DNA of 64,000 nt, taken from NCBI GenBank assembly GCA_002269645.1, contig NIVC01003116.1:54500-118499 (forward strand). Reading direction: 5' to 3'. How positions within the stretch are numbered: position 1 is the first letter of the stretch; the number at the start of each line of letters is the position of its first letter. The notes beneath the pieces were generated by a model that ran no database searches, was not told the origin of the DNA, and saw only the letters and a list, made by a program, of their open reading frames with translations. Positions 1-18,439 of this stretch are shown piece by piece. This DNA is from Macrostomum lignano. Its lineage: Eukaryota. The position numbers and the translations under genes were made by a program.

Positions 1-5658
<5,658 letters not shown>

Positions 5659-6109
5659 GTCTGGCAGCTGGCTGGAGCGAGCGAATTGATTGCAACTGAA
5701 CAAAATGTTTTAATAGCAAACTGGCAAAAGTAATTTAATTTCCATTTTAAAACGGGACTCCATAAAACACGCCCCGCACCGCCCCGAACGCTACACATTA
5801 TAACATTTTTTGTCAATGCAGTATTTGATTGCAAAGAAAAGTATTTGTTGTAAGAGTAATGGAATAAATAAATTCAATTATCATTCTAAATAATAGCATT
5901 ATTATTTTACTAATATTACTATTAATATCGCTTATTATTCACCGAATTGTTTATTTCATAGTGAAAAAACTAAATTCGATACAAACTTGAAGCTTAACAG
6001 AGAACTAACTAACTTTGAAATGTTTCAGTTATAGCCAAATTTGTTATAATGTGTAGCGGTTCGGGGCAGCGCGGGGCGTGTTTTAGGGAGACCCTTTTAA
6101 AACAGCTGC

Positions 6110-6950
6110 GACTCCCTTTCACAACAGCTTTGGCGCCCATTCACAACAGCTGCGACTCCCCTTCACAACAGCTTTGGCGCCCATTCACAACAGCTGCAGC
6201 TCCCCTTCACAACAGCTTTGGCGCCCATTCACAACAGCTGCAGCTCCCATCTATTCACAACAGCTGTGGCGCCCATTCACAACAGCTGTGGCGCCCATTC
6301 ACAACAGCTGTGGTGCCCATTCACAACAGCTGTGGCGCCCATTCACAACAGCCGTGGTGCCCATTTACAACAGCTGTGGCGCCCATTCACAACAGGTGTG
6401 GTGCCCATTCACAACAGCTGCAGCTCCCCTTCACAACAGCTTTGGCGCCCATTCACAACAGCTGCAGCTCCCATCTATTCACAACAGCTGTGGCGCCCAT
6501 TCACAACAGCTGTGGCCTATTTACAACAACTGTGGTGCCCATTCACAACAGCTGTGGCGCCCATTCACAACAGCTGTGGCGCCCATTCACAACAGGTGTG
6601 GCGCCCATTCACAACAGGTGTGGCGCCCATTCACAACAGCTGCAGCTCCCCTTCACAACAGATTTGGCGCCCATTCACAACAGCTGCAGCTCCCATCTAT
6701 TCACAACAGCTGTGGCGCCCATTCACAACAGCTGTGGCCTATTTACAACAACTGTGGTGCCCATTCACAACAGCTGTGGCGCCCATTCACAACAGCTGTG
6801 GCGCCCATTCACAACAGGTGTGGTGCCCATTCACAACAGCTGTGGCGCCCATTCACAACAGCTGTGGCGCCCATTCACAACAGGTGTGGTGCCCATTCAC
6901 AACAGCTGTGGCGCCCATTCACAACAGGTGTGGTGCCCATTCACAATAGC
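6110..6950. repeat. 22-bp minisatellite upstream of LSD1
   Basis: Unit GCGCCCATTCACAACAGCTGTG with variants forming higher-order blocks. Confidence 0.95.
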
Positions 6951-7714
6951 CAGGGCATCCCTAGGTACTGGCCCAATTGATGGTTGCTCCCCAATAAAAA
7001 GTCACAATTACATCCCCAATTAGATAGAATTAAGAATATTGGGATAAGAAAGATTTAGAAATCTCAAATCTTTTTTAATTATTAGAATCCAAGGATTTTA
7101 GGGATTGAAATCCCATTCTATCTACATTGCTCTAAGCACTAAGAAATATAGAAGTTGTGGCCTATGCATTGCTTGCACAATGTAGCTAGCTATATTATAG
7201 GGCCATAAGAATATTGAAATTGCAAAAACTATATAATTGGCTATATATCCAATGAAGTCTAGTATTCATCATAATTAGTAATTTTATTTCGAACTGACAT
7301 TTAAATTGGTTTTGAAAAAATAAATTAGACTTTATATATAGAGATAATATAATGAAAGATAAAGATCTTATCTAATTTTTAAAATATCAATACCATTAGC
7401 CATATAACTAAAAAATCACTTATAGAGTAACTAATTATTTTTATTTTATAGAATTATACAATTAGTTTTATTTTTAAAAATTCAAAAATAAAACTTTATT
7501 ACTTCAGGAATAAAAATTAATCAAGGCAAATCCAAAGCCAAAGGCAATATTAATATGTCCTAATTTTATAATAATGCATTTTCGTAGCAATTCAAGCTAT
7601 TATTAGGATATTAATTTGTGAAATACTAATTTTTAAAGCTTTAAACTAAGTTTAAACTTTTTATTATTGAATTACTAAGGCTAATGTTATAGATAGGGCC
7701 TAGTTTATCAAAAG

Positions 7715-8920
7715 ATTTATTTCATTAACTATAGACTCTCTAAAGGCATCCTTGGAAAGCCTTGCAAGTGTTGCCAATGTAGGCTAATGATATAGTGTTC
7801 CACTCTTCTATCATAGCAGCCTTCAAGAAATCAATATTGCTGTGGCAGATTGCGGACAGCATAGGCCTTGCCCTTAATGTACACCCACACATGCTTGGGC
7901 GCAACCTTTGGATTCACTCGGCCGTTTCTATTGGCAACATACACATGTAAGTCGCTATTGGACGGAATAGTAGTCACGTGACTGCTCTCAGCCAATAGCG
8001 ACTTACATGTGTGTGTTGCCAATAGAAACGGCCGGGTGATTCCCAAAGTTGCGCATGTATGCACCCACACACTGTAATCAAGTGGCAATAGATCTGGCAA
8101 CAATGGCAGCTAGTAAAACTTTGGCTAGAAGTTCATGTTCTACTAATCTGCTCTAGCCATTCTTGTATAACCTTTGATGCATATGCAGGTATTCTATCCT
8201 GTTGAAACACATAATTTCTATCTAGGAAGTTGGCATCAATCCACGGCTTGATTTTGCTAGCAAACATTTATGTACTTTGCTCTACTCAGTTGGTATCTAA
8301 TAGGAAACCATACCAGTGGGCAGATGCAGCCATTTGACACTATGACACCAAGCATCATTACACTTAAAGGGTATTTGGTTGTTGAGATAAACCTGACTGA
8401 CCCTGACTTTGGAACATTCTCTTCAAGCTTGATGAATCTGTCATTGCACAGTTTCAAGCAGGATCTATGTCAAAGCTCTTCTTGTTGCTGAAAATGATGA
8501 TATGTCTAACAGGGGCTAATTTCAAATTGTTTAGAAGTAGGCTTGCTCTTTCTTAGGTTCTGCTGCATTATGTCAACTAGCAGAGGCCTCTCTTGCACTG
8601 CGAGGGACTTGCCACCAAGCTTTTTCATGTTTCTCAAGTTGGTCAACTTGTGGACATTGAATTCTTGTCTTAGACTCACCACTAAATGCCTTGGATTCTA
8701 AAAAATGGCATCTTGAAACTCAGAATTGCTTACTATTACTGGTCAGCTAGTCTTAGGCTTGTCTTTTAAAGCATCTTCAACTCCTTCATTGACTATTCAC
8801 TTAAATTGATATTGTATACTATTCTTTTAGTACAGTTTACTATTGTCATGACATCCTTGGGTTTAATATCTGTACATAGCAAGGTGGCATTGGCAATCTG
8901 GTGCCTTTTTACATTTATCT
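7715..8920 (-). mobile_element. Degenerate Tc1/mariner transposase (maT/DD37D-like), with stops and frameshifts
   Basis: Minus-strand translation gives KRHQIA.. (N-terminal HTH region), IIIFSNKKSFDIDP (FSDEK motif), KYPLSVMMLGVIVSNG, NYVFQQD..PAYASKVIQEWL, LPDLLPLDYSVW (SPDLNPLD motif) and NIDFLKAAMIEEW. Terminal inverted repeats not identified; the subfamily call is from motif resemblance. Confidence 0.85.
7890..8061. mobile_element. 172-bp foldback MITE, hAT-type, nested in the mariner transposase
   Basis: 8-bp direct repeat CACCCACA at 7882-7889 and 8062-8069; ends CA...TG; ~65-bp inverted arms (GCGCAACC..GTCGCTATTGG / CCAATAGCGAC..GTTGCGC). Removing the element plus one copy of the duplication restores the frame DYSVWVYIKGK. 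Confidence 0.85.
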
Positions 8921-11900
8921 TACAATAAAATGGGCAGATTGATCTGAAATGCTAGCCAAAACCTTAGATTATATTGCTCTATAGCTGGCTAAATGGGCTA
9001 GCTGGTAGGCCCTAACATGTATGGTTTTCTATTTATATGCATTTTAAGATCACTGAAAAGACTTTTGCAACACCTAGTACAAAGAATTAAACCTGTTAAA
9101 CTAATGTTTTGTCATAGCTATAAGAGGTCTATAGCTATAAGTTCCTATGGCAAATATGGTAAAATAGGTGCCTATGGTAGCTACGGATACGCCTATGGTA
9201 GCTAGCTAGCTGCTCTTATGGCTACAGCCTAGTTGCTGTCATATTCTGTAGATTCCCATAGCTATAGTTATTTTATTAATTTTAAAAATTAAAAAAATAA
9301 CTAGAAACAGGTAGAGTAAAACAAAGATACTTCAGTAAACTATATTATCAACTTAGAAACTTAGAGAATATACATAATATTAATAAATAACAATAAAACA
9401 CTAGCAAACTCTACTTTTTATTAATATAAAAAAGTTAAGCATTAGTACTTTCAATAGTAATTAAGTATTATTGCTCTGTAAAAAGATAAAATGTATTCTT
9501 ACAAAGGAAATTGAGTGTTTCTTATATTTTTTTAATTAATTTGCAGTTGTTTAAGCACCAGGTTTGGTTATCTTCTTGATTCAAAATATTTAGTTTTCTA
9601 GACTTTTTGTTAAAACTACGATTATGGCTATGGGAATTTTGGGAAATATGATAATATTGGGGTCCCTATGGCACAAAATACGGAGAATTGGAATAGGGGC
9701 CTAAGCCATAGTTTTGCTTACAGCTATAGCTAAAGTACATGGACCCTCCTTACAACCTTACAGGCTATGGCGGAATACTATGTTAAACCTATGCATGGGC
9801 CTATAGTATACTAGGCCTATGCAAACCAATTTTTAATCAACAAATTTACTAGGCCTATCTTTAAGAACAAAAACACTAACTACACTACAATAAGATAAAG
9901 ATAGAGCCTATATAGAATATAATACTTATAAAAATAATTAAAGGCAATTTCCTTCCTAGTTTACTGCATTAAATTATTTTTCAGTTTTTTCAAACTTTCA
10001 GGTTCAGCCCATTTGCCAACTCTGCAACTGGCTGGAAGGCCCAACTATTTGCTTGTTGGCCACGTATGGGCTCCTGAGGAATTCTTGGGTTTGTGAACAA
10101 TGCTCTGAGACTCTAGCTTTGCAGCTACAGCCACGACCACGAGGTGGACTGTGGAGTCCAGTTTGTTGACAACTCATCAAGAGTTGAGAGTCAAGCAAGA
10201 GTCCACATCTTGTGGGCCATTAGCAGCACAAGCCAATACTTGCCATACATAAGTCTTGGTGTATTATATCGAATCGTATACATTCATAATTTTCACATAT
10301 TATTATTATAAATTTAATATTAATATGTGAATGTGAGGAGAGGCGGTGGTGGTAGATAGTTTAATTCGCAGAAAAAAGAACAATAGTAGTAGTAGTAAGT
10401 TTGGCTCAGGCAAGAAGCCTGTTTGGCCAGTATATGCCAGTGTATTTAATATTAATATTATTTCGATAGAATGGGATCTGTGCGGCGAGTTTTACAATAA
10501 TATAGTATTTGAAAGGGCGCCAATTTTTTTTTTCTACGAAACTTCAAAAATCTTCAACGGCAAACAAAGCAAAAAGTATTTAAGTAAGGAATTAAAAGAC
10601 AAGTATGGTGTCACTTGAATTCGTAGGTGATAAAAATAAGTTTATATGTATTAATCAGACAAAAAAATCAGATGAAAGGATTGCTGGCAATTATTAGGCA
10701 TTAAATATGAAGGGTATTTTTGAAGCAAATATGTAAGAAAGAAATAACCAAAAATAGAGTGCTTAAATAAAAATAAGGCGCGATTAGAAAAAGAAAATTT
10801 TTACATAAATAAACGCGTAATATGGGATAGATTGCACCGGTATTGTTTACTCGAAGAGGGGTAGGGACTTAATAGCAAGAGATGCATAGTAGCAAGAGGG
10901 AATAGCAAGTAAAGTATCAAGGTAACCAGGGATTCAATTGGTGTAAGACGGTCAGCAACAGCGTGGTACACATGGTGTTCTCTATAATTTTCATGTCGGT
11001 TAAGGAGGGAGATTTGCTATGAGTTTATAGATCTTCTCAATAGCTAGCAAATCTTTTTTATTTTTGTTTTCGTTTGTAGCAGTAGAAGACAACGACTTGA
11101 AAATTAAAATTGTTTTGGAAAGAAAAACAAAACAACTCTGAAAATAAGCTTATTTTAAGCCCACAAGAGTATAAAAAGCTGACCTTTATTGTGAAATTAA
11201 TTCTTTGTTTTGCGAGTACCAATTATTTAGTCAATACATTGAATACCTTAATTAGGCTCGTGACGTCTACACGTTGTACTAACTCCATGTGACAATGTAG
11301 GTCATTGAATAAAGCTGTTGATAGATGAGCCTGAAGCTGTGAAGCAAAGTCCAAAATTAAGTTTAATCCTGTCTGCCTCTCTAAGTTTCGAAATTTTGAT
11401 CCTCCTGTATGCCAGAAATTAAAGTTAAACGATGCTTCTATTCACAAAGCATAGGATGAAAGATTTTATAATAAGTTATAAGTTAAACAGAAGCATTTTA
11501 ATGTATTTATAAAGCCAATGATTATTTTCTTGGCTTTTACCCCCCCCCCCCCTAGCTTAAACTTAAACCCTCCATTGGCTCCAACTGTGCCTTTCTACAC
11601 TAGGCCGCCTACCTTCCCTGTCTGCCCCAATTTTAATTTTTATAGCCTTTTTTGGAATTCTAGCTCAAAGCTATCACTGCTATGTACATTTTACTATTAG
11701 TAGACTGGTCTACATTATGTACATTGTTGCTGAACCAATTAACAAGTTGTTTATACCTAAAAGATTGGACTCTAAACTTATAAAAATAAATTTAGTTGCC
11801 TTTATTTAAAAAAATATTTTATGTATTCTTCTTTGCTATTAGACTAATAAACTAAAAGTATAAAGCTATTGTATACTAACTAAGTATATATGCCTGAGTG

Positions 11901-12143
11901 GCCCATCTAGCTATTTTAGTATTCTGTGCCTAAACCTAGATTTTAGACTAGAGGCCTAAGTAGTTATCAAATTTATTTTGTTATGTCAAAATGCATAATG
12001 CCTAGGCAAATAAATAAGGTACAACTTAAAAGTGAATAAAGCCTTTTCCTTTCTATATATTTTATTGTCAATGTTAATATTGGAAACTAAAGTTATTTTC
12101 AAGAAAATGTTGATATTGTTTTATTTTCAGATAATTAGTCAGC

Positions 12144-15100
12144 ATGGAGACCCAGTTGTTGCAACCAAATTCAGATCCACTATTGGCTCAATTTACATTA
12201 GATAGTATCAAAGCAAGGCATTTTGCTAATTCTGAAAAGATGCCTAGTACAAAGACAGTTGGAGCAATACCTTCTAACTATGATAGCAGAAAAACACAAG
12301 TATATGTGGTGCCAAGCTCAAAGTAAGTTTTGTCTACATTTTCTATTTTTATAATTGACTTAAACACTTTTTGGTCATTGACACCCAACTTATACTAACT
12401 ATACTAAAACTATAGTATATCTAACTATACTATACTGACCAATCACAGTGATTGGTCAGTGACAGGTGATTCAGTCACATAATTGGCCATTGACACCTGA
12501 CTTAGTCACATCACATGATTAGTCAGTGATAGCCAATTCAGTCATATGATTGGCCACTGACACCTGACTCAGTCACCTGATTAGCCCTTGAGAGTGACTC
12601 AGTCACCGAATTGCTCATTGACACCCAACTCAGTCACATGATTGGCCCCTAACACCTGACACAGTCACCTAATTGCTCACTGACACCCGACTCAGTCACC
12701 TGATTAGCTACTGACACCCAACTCAGTCACATGATTGGCCCCTGACACCCAACTCAGTCACATGATTGGCCCCTGTCACCCAACTCAGTCACCTGATTGG
12801 CCCCTGACAATGCCCAAATCGCAGGTCGGACACGCCAGCCCTCATCGTGTGGAGCCGGCCGCTGACCTCGCGCAAGCGCCTGTCGTCCAGCAGCTGCACC
12901 CTGACGCCCGAGGAGCTGCTGGGTGTCAGCGCGGCCAAACGGGCACTCGGCGGCATCAGCCCCTGGTCAGATGGTCGCGAGAAATTCGACCTAAGCTTCG
13001 ACGAATGGGCCGCCTCCTTGGAAGCCCACGATGCGCCTATTGTCGAATTGGCGCCGTCAGCTGGCGCCGGCGCTCTTGACAATGCCACTGGCGCTGTCGA
13101 CAAACTGCAGCGTCATCCTTCATCGTCGGCAGTTATTGATCAGCATCAGTTCGGCGGCGTTGCCCGTCGGCAGAGTCTGCAAGCTCGTCGTACACCAGCG
13201 GCAGCGACAGTTCAACAACAGCGTCGGGGTGTTCAGCAGTCAATCGCCACCGCAGTGTCTGTGGGCGTTGTCGGAGCCGGCGGGCCAGAATCGGTTTCTT
13301 CGACAGCTCAGATTCCGTTGACTGGCGACATCACCGCCGCATCGACTGAACCTTCGTCAGTAACTGTTTCTCGCAACCGACTGCAGAGTGTGTACTCGCG
13401 GTACTCGGAGAAACAGGTGACAGATTGTGTCTTTTTATCAATCTCTAGATAGTCTCACTTATTAATCTCTAGACAATCTTTCTTATCAATCTCTACACAA
13501 TCTCACTTGTTTCAGGCTTACAAACGCCTGCTGAAAGTGCTCAGACGACATCCATATTTGGACAAGGACTCCATCAAATATAACAAACTTCTGTTGCTAG
13601 AAAATAGCCTCAATATATGTCACAAGTTCCAGGTATGACTCTCTACCATTTGTCTAATTATAATCTCGATTTTTATTAAATTATTGAAACGAGCATTTCA
13701 AAGCATAATAAAAATTTACCAGGCCAGTCTGCGATCTACCGGTAGCGGCAGTCTTCAGCGTCCTGAAACTCTGGAAGATCTGGCCGTTGAAGAGAGCCAC
13801 CTGGTGTCCGCGATTCGCGAGCACGTCACTGAGATTCCGTATTTGGCCGCGCTGGCGCCAAAGTCTGACCGGCGAGCCGCCAAAATTGAAGCCCGAGTCA
13901 GGCGAATGGAGAAGCAGGTGTGTTTGTGTGTGTGTGTTTTACCTGCGCTAAGCTGGCTGGTTAATCTTTATACTGTACATCCATTTGCTCGTATTATAAG
14001 CTTCTACATCCTGTAGTGTAGCTTCTACATCCTGTAGTGTAGCTTCTACATCCCATAGTGCAGCTTCTACATTGTCTAATGTAGCTTCTACATTGTCTAA
14101 TGTAGCTTCTACATTGTCTAATGTAGCTTCTACATTGTCTAATGTAGCTTCTACATTGTCTAATGTAGCTTCTACATTGTCTAATGTAGCTTCTACATTG
14201 TCTAATGTAGCTTCTACATCCTGTAGTGTAGCTTCTACATCCCATAGTGCAGCTTCTACATTGTCTAATGTAGCTTCTACATTGTCTAATGTAGCTTCTA
14301 CATCCTGTAGTGTAGCTTCTACATTGTCTAATGTAGCTTCTACATCCTGTAGTGTAGCTTCTACATCCTGTAGTGTAGCTTCTACATCCCATAGTGCAGC
14401 TTCTACATTGTCTAATGTAGCTTCTACATTGTCTAATGTAGCTTCTACATTGTCTAATGTAGCTTCTACATTGTCTAATGTAGCTTCTACATTGTCTAAT
14501 GTAGCTTCTACATTGTCTAATGTAGCTTCTACATCCTGTAGTGTAGCTTCTACATCCCATAGTGCAGCTTCTACATTGTCTAATGTAGCTTCTACATTGT
14601 CTAATGTAGCTTCTACATCCTGTAGTGTAGCTTCTACATTGTCTAATGTAGCTTCTACATTGTCTAATGTAGCTTCTACATTGTCTAATGTAGCTTCTAC
14701 ATTGTCTAATGTAGCTTCTACATTGTCTAATGTAGCTTCTACATCCTGTAGTGTAGCTTCTACATCCTGTAGTGTAGCTTCTACATCCCATAGTGCAGCT
14801 TCTACATTGTCTAATGTAGCTTCTACATTGTCTAATGTAGCTTCTACATCCTGTAGTGTAGCTTCTACATCCTGTAGTGTAGCTTCTACATCCCATAGTG
14901 CAGCTTCTACATTGTCTAATGTAGCTTCTACATTGTCTAATGTAGCTTCTGACAGTAGCTTCTACATCCTGTAGTGTAGCTTATACATCCTGTAGTGTAG
15001 CTTCTACATCCTGTAGTGTAGCTTCTACATCCTGTAGTGTAGCTTCTACATCCCATAGTGCAGCTTCTACATTGTCTAATGTAGCTTCTACATTGTCTAA

Positions 15101-17873
15101 TGTAGCTTCTACATTGTCTAATGTAGCTTCTACATTGTCTAATGTAGCTTCTACATTGTCTAATGTAGCTTCTACATCCTGTAGTGTAGCTTCTACATCC
15201 TGTAGTGTAGCTTCTACATCCCATAGTGCAGCTTCTACATTGTCTAATGTAGCTTCTACATTGTCTAATGTAGCTTCTACATCCTGTAGTGTAGCTTCTA
15301 CATTGTCTAATGTAGCTTCTACATTGTCTAATGTAGCTTCTACATCCTGTAGTGTAGCTTCTACATCCTGTAGTGTAGCTTCTACATCCCATAGTGCAGC
15401 TTCTACATTGTCTAATGTAGCTTCTACATTGTCTAATGTAGCTTCTACATTGTCTAATGTAGCTTCTACATTGTCTAATGTAGCTTCTACATTGTCTAAT
15501 GTAGCTTCTACATCCTGTAGTGTAGCTTCTACATCCCATAGTGCAGCTTCTACATTGTCTAATGTAGCTTCTACATTGTCTAATGTAGCTTCTACATCCT
15601 GTAGTGTAGCTTCTACATTGTCTAATGTAGCTTCTACATTGTCTAATGTAGCTTCTACATTGTCTAATGTAGCTTCTACATTGTCTAATGTAGCTTCTAC
15701 ATTGTCTAATGTAGCTTCTACATCCTGTAGTGTAGCTTCTACATCCTGTAGTGTAGCTTCTACATCCCATAGTGCAGCTTCTACATTGTCTAATGTAGCT
15801 TCTACATTGTCTAATGTAGCTTCTACATCCTGTAGTGTAGCTTCTACATCCTGTAGTGTAGCTTCTACATCCCATAGTGCAGCTTCTACATTGTCTAATG
15901 TAGCTTCTACATTGTCTAATGTAGCTTCTGACAGTAGCTTCTACATCCTGTAGTGTAGCTTATACATCCTGTAGTGTAGCTTCTACATCCTGTAGTGTAG
16001 CTTCTACATCCTGTAGTGTAGCTTCTACATCCCATAGTGCAGCTTCTACATTGTCTAATGTAGCTTCTACATTGTCTAATGTAGCTTCTACATTGTCTAA
16101 TGTAGCTTCTACATTGTCTAATGTAGCTTCTACATTGTCTAATGTAGCTTCTACATCCTGTAGTGTAGCTTCTACATCCTGTAGTGTAGCTTCTACATCC
16201 CATAGTGCAGCTTCTACATTGTCTAATGTAGCTTCTACATTGTCTAATGTAGCTTCTACATCCTGTAGTGTAGCTTCTACATTGTCTAATGTAGCTTCTA
16301 CATTGTCTAATGTAGCTTCTACATCCTGTAGTGTAGCTTCTACATCCTGTAGTGTAGCTTCTACATCCCATAGTGCAGCTTCTACATTGTCTAATGTAGC
16401 TTCTACATTGTCTAATGTAGCTTCTACATTGTCTAATGTAGCTTCTACATTGTCTAATGTAGCTTCTACATCCTGTAGTGTAGCTTCTACATCCTGTAGT
16501 GTAGCTTCTACATCCCATAGTGCAGCTTCTACATTGTCTAATGTAGCTTCTACATTGTCTAATGTAGCTTCTACATTGTCTAATGTAGCTTCTACATCCT
16601 GTAGTGTAGCTTCTACATCCTGTAGTGTAGCTTCTACATCCCATAGTGTAGCTTCTACATTGTCTAATGTAGCTTCTACATTGTCTAATGTAGCTTCTAC
16701 ATTGTCTAATGTAGCTTCTACATCCTGTAGTGTAGCTTCTACATCCTGTAGTGTAGCTTCTACATCCTGTAGTGTAGCTTCTACATCCTGTAGTGTAGCT
16801 TCTACATCCTGTAGTGTAGCTTCTACATCCCATAGTGTAGCTTCTACATTGTCTAATGTAGCTTCTACATTGTCTAATGTAGCTTCTACATTGTCTAATG
16901 TAGCTTCTACATCCTGTAGTGTAGCTTCTACACCCCATAGTCCAGCTTCTACACCCCATAGTCCAGCTTCTACACCCCATAGTCTAGCTTCTACACCCCA
17001 TAGTCCAGCTTCTACACCCCATAGTCCAGCTTCTACACCCCATAGTCTAGCTTCTACACCCCATAGTCCAGCTTCTACACCCCATAGTCTAGCTTCTACA
17101 CCCCATAGTCTAGCTTCTACACCCCATAGTCCAGCTTCTACACCCCATAGTCTAGCTTCTACACCCCATAGTCCAGCTTCTACACCCCATAGTCTAGCTT
17201 CTACACCCATAGTCCAGCTTCTACACCCCATAGTCTAGCTTCTACACCCCATAGTCTAGCTTCTACACCCCATAGTCCAGCTTCTACACCCCATAGTCTA
17301 GCTTCTACACCCCATAGTCCAGCTTCTACACCCCATAGTCTAGCTTCTACACCCCATAGTCCAGCTTCTACACCCCATAGTCTAGCTTCTACACCCCATA
17401 GTCTAGCTTCTACACCCCATAGTCCAGCTTCTACACCCCATAGTCTAGCTTCTACACCCCATAGTCCAGCTTCTACACCCCATAGTCTAGCTTCTACACC
17501 CCATAGTCCAGCTTCTACACCCCATAGTCTAGCTTCTACACCCCATAGTCTAGCTTCTACACCCCATAGTCCAGCTTCTACACCCCATAGTCTAGCTTCT
17601 ACACCCCATAGTCCAGCTTCTACACCCCATAGTCCAGCTTCTACACCCCATAGTCCAGCTTCTACACCCCATAGTCTAGCTTCTACACCCCATAGTCTAG
17701 CTTCTACACCCCATAGTGCAGCTCCCACGCCGCCGCAATTCCAGGCCGACTCCTGTCACAACTGTCACGCCATGCTGTGTGCCTATTGCCTGACCTCAGC
17801 TGCAGCCTCCAACGGTGCCTCATCGTCTGACGCGAAAAGTGCCGTAGAAACTGTTTCGGCTGTTAAGAAGTAA
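12144..17873 (+). CDS. Uncharacterised ~403-aa protein, 5 coding exons, C-terminal CxxC-x4-CxxC
   Basis: Exons 12144-12322, 12825-13416, 13516-13632, 13723-13917, 17745-17873. All junctions are GT-AG and frame-consistent (phases 2,0,0,0); total 1212 nt ending in TAA. Last exon reads ADSCHNCHAMLCAYC. Family not recognised; the start is uncertain. Confidence 0.78.
12370..12810. repeat. ~29-30-bp degenerate minisatellite in intron 1 of the uncharacterised gene
   Basis: Unit TGACACCCAACTCAGTCACATGATTGGCCC, diverging toward the left. Confidence 0.88.
13995..17720. repeat. 3.7-kb 21-bp minisatellite in intron 4 of the uncharacterised gene
   Basis: Constant core TGTAGCTTCTACA plus 8-nt variable part (TTGTCTAA, TCCTGTAG, TCCCATAG); switches near 16930 to (C/T)AGCTTCTACACCCCATAGTC. 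Confidence 0.98.
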
Positions 17874-18439
17874 AAGAAATACAAGCAGCACAGAAGCCTT
17901 TAACTTTTGTTTCAACTGGTTAGTTGATTACCAGCAACAGTAGGCAATCAGTTCTAAAAGCCTTCTTTTAGTTTGTGTAATTAAAATGATATTTGAAGGC
18001 AATTTAATCGTTTTATTATTGTTGCTTTGCCTTCTGAGTTTCCAACTTGACTAACTAAAGCGCAAGGTGTACTTCTAAGCAACAATAGTTTATGATTGTC
18101 CATCTCTTTGTCGAACAACCATTTTAATAATTTACTCGATCTGTAATATCTTTGGAATAAATTTTGCTGACTATTATTTTCAGGCAATTAAAATTGGGCA
18201 AATCTGAGAGTAGAGAGACACACTAGTGTGGTTTTGGGCGAAAATATACTGACTGACATTTGAGAGCTTGACCTGCCCGCCTTGCTCAGACAGATAAGAT
18301 GTCATTGACTCATTTGACCCTGCTGAGTAAAGGCTTTTTTTTGACTGGCGTCGATACTTTGGACAAAAAAAACTTATTATGCTACTTAGTTCAGATTTTT
18401 CTATGATTTTCTCATTTTGTTTTCTTTCGGACTAAAGCG

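Noticed and set aside
13995-16930. CRISPR-like arrangement of palindromic core plus variable spacer
   Set aside because: Spacers are 8 nt with only three recurring types, no cas genes are present and the context is a eukaryotic intron.
13994-17728. 300-420-aa ORFs (STLSNVA, CRSYIRQ, VEATLDN repeats)
   Set aside because: A 21-bp unit keeps frames open by default; the array lies in an intron with good splice sites on both sides.
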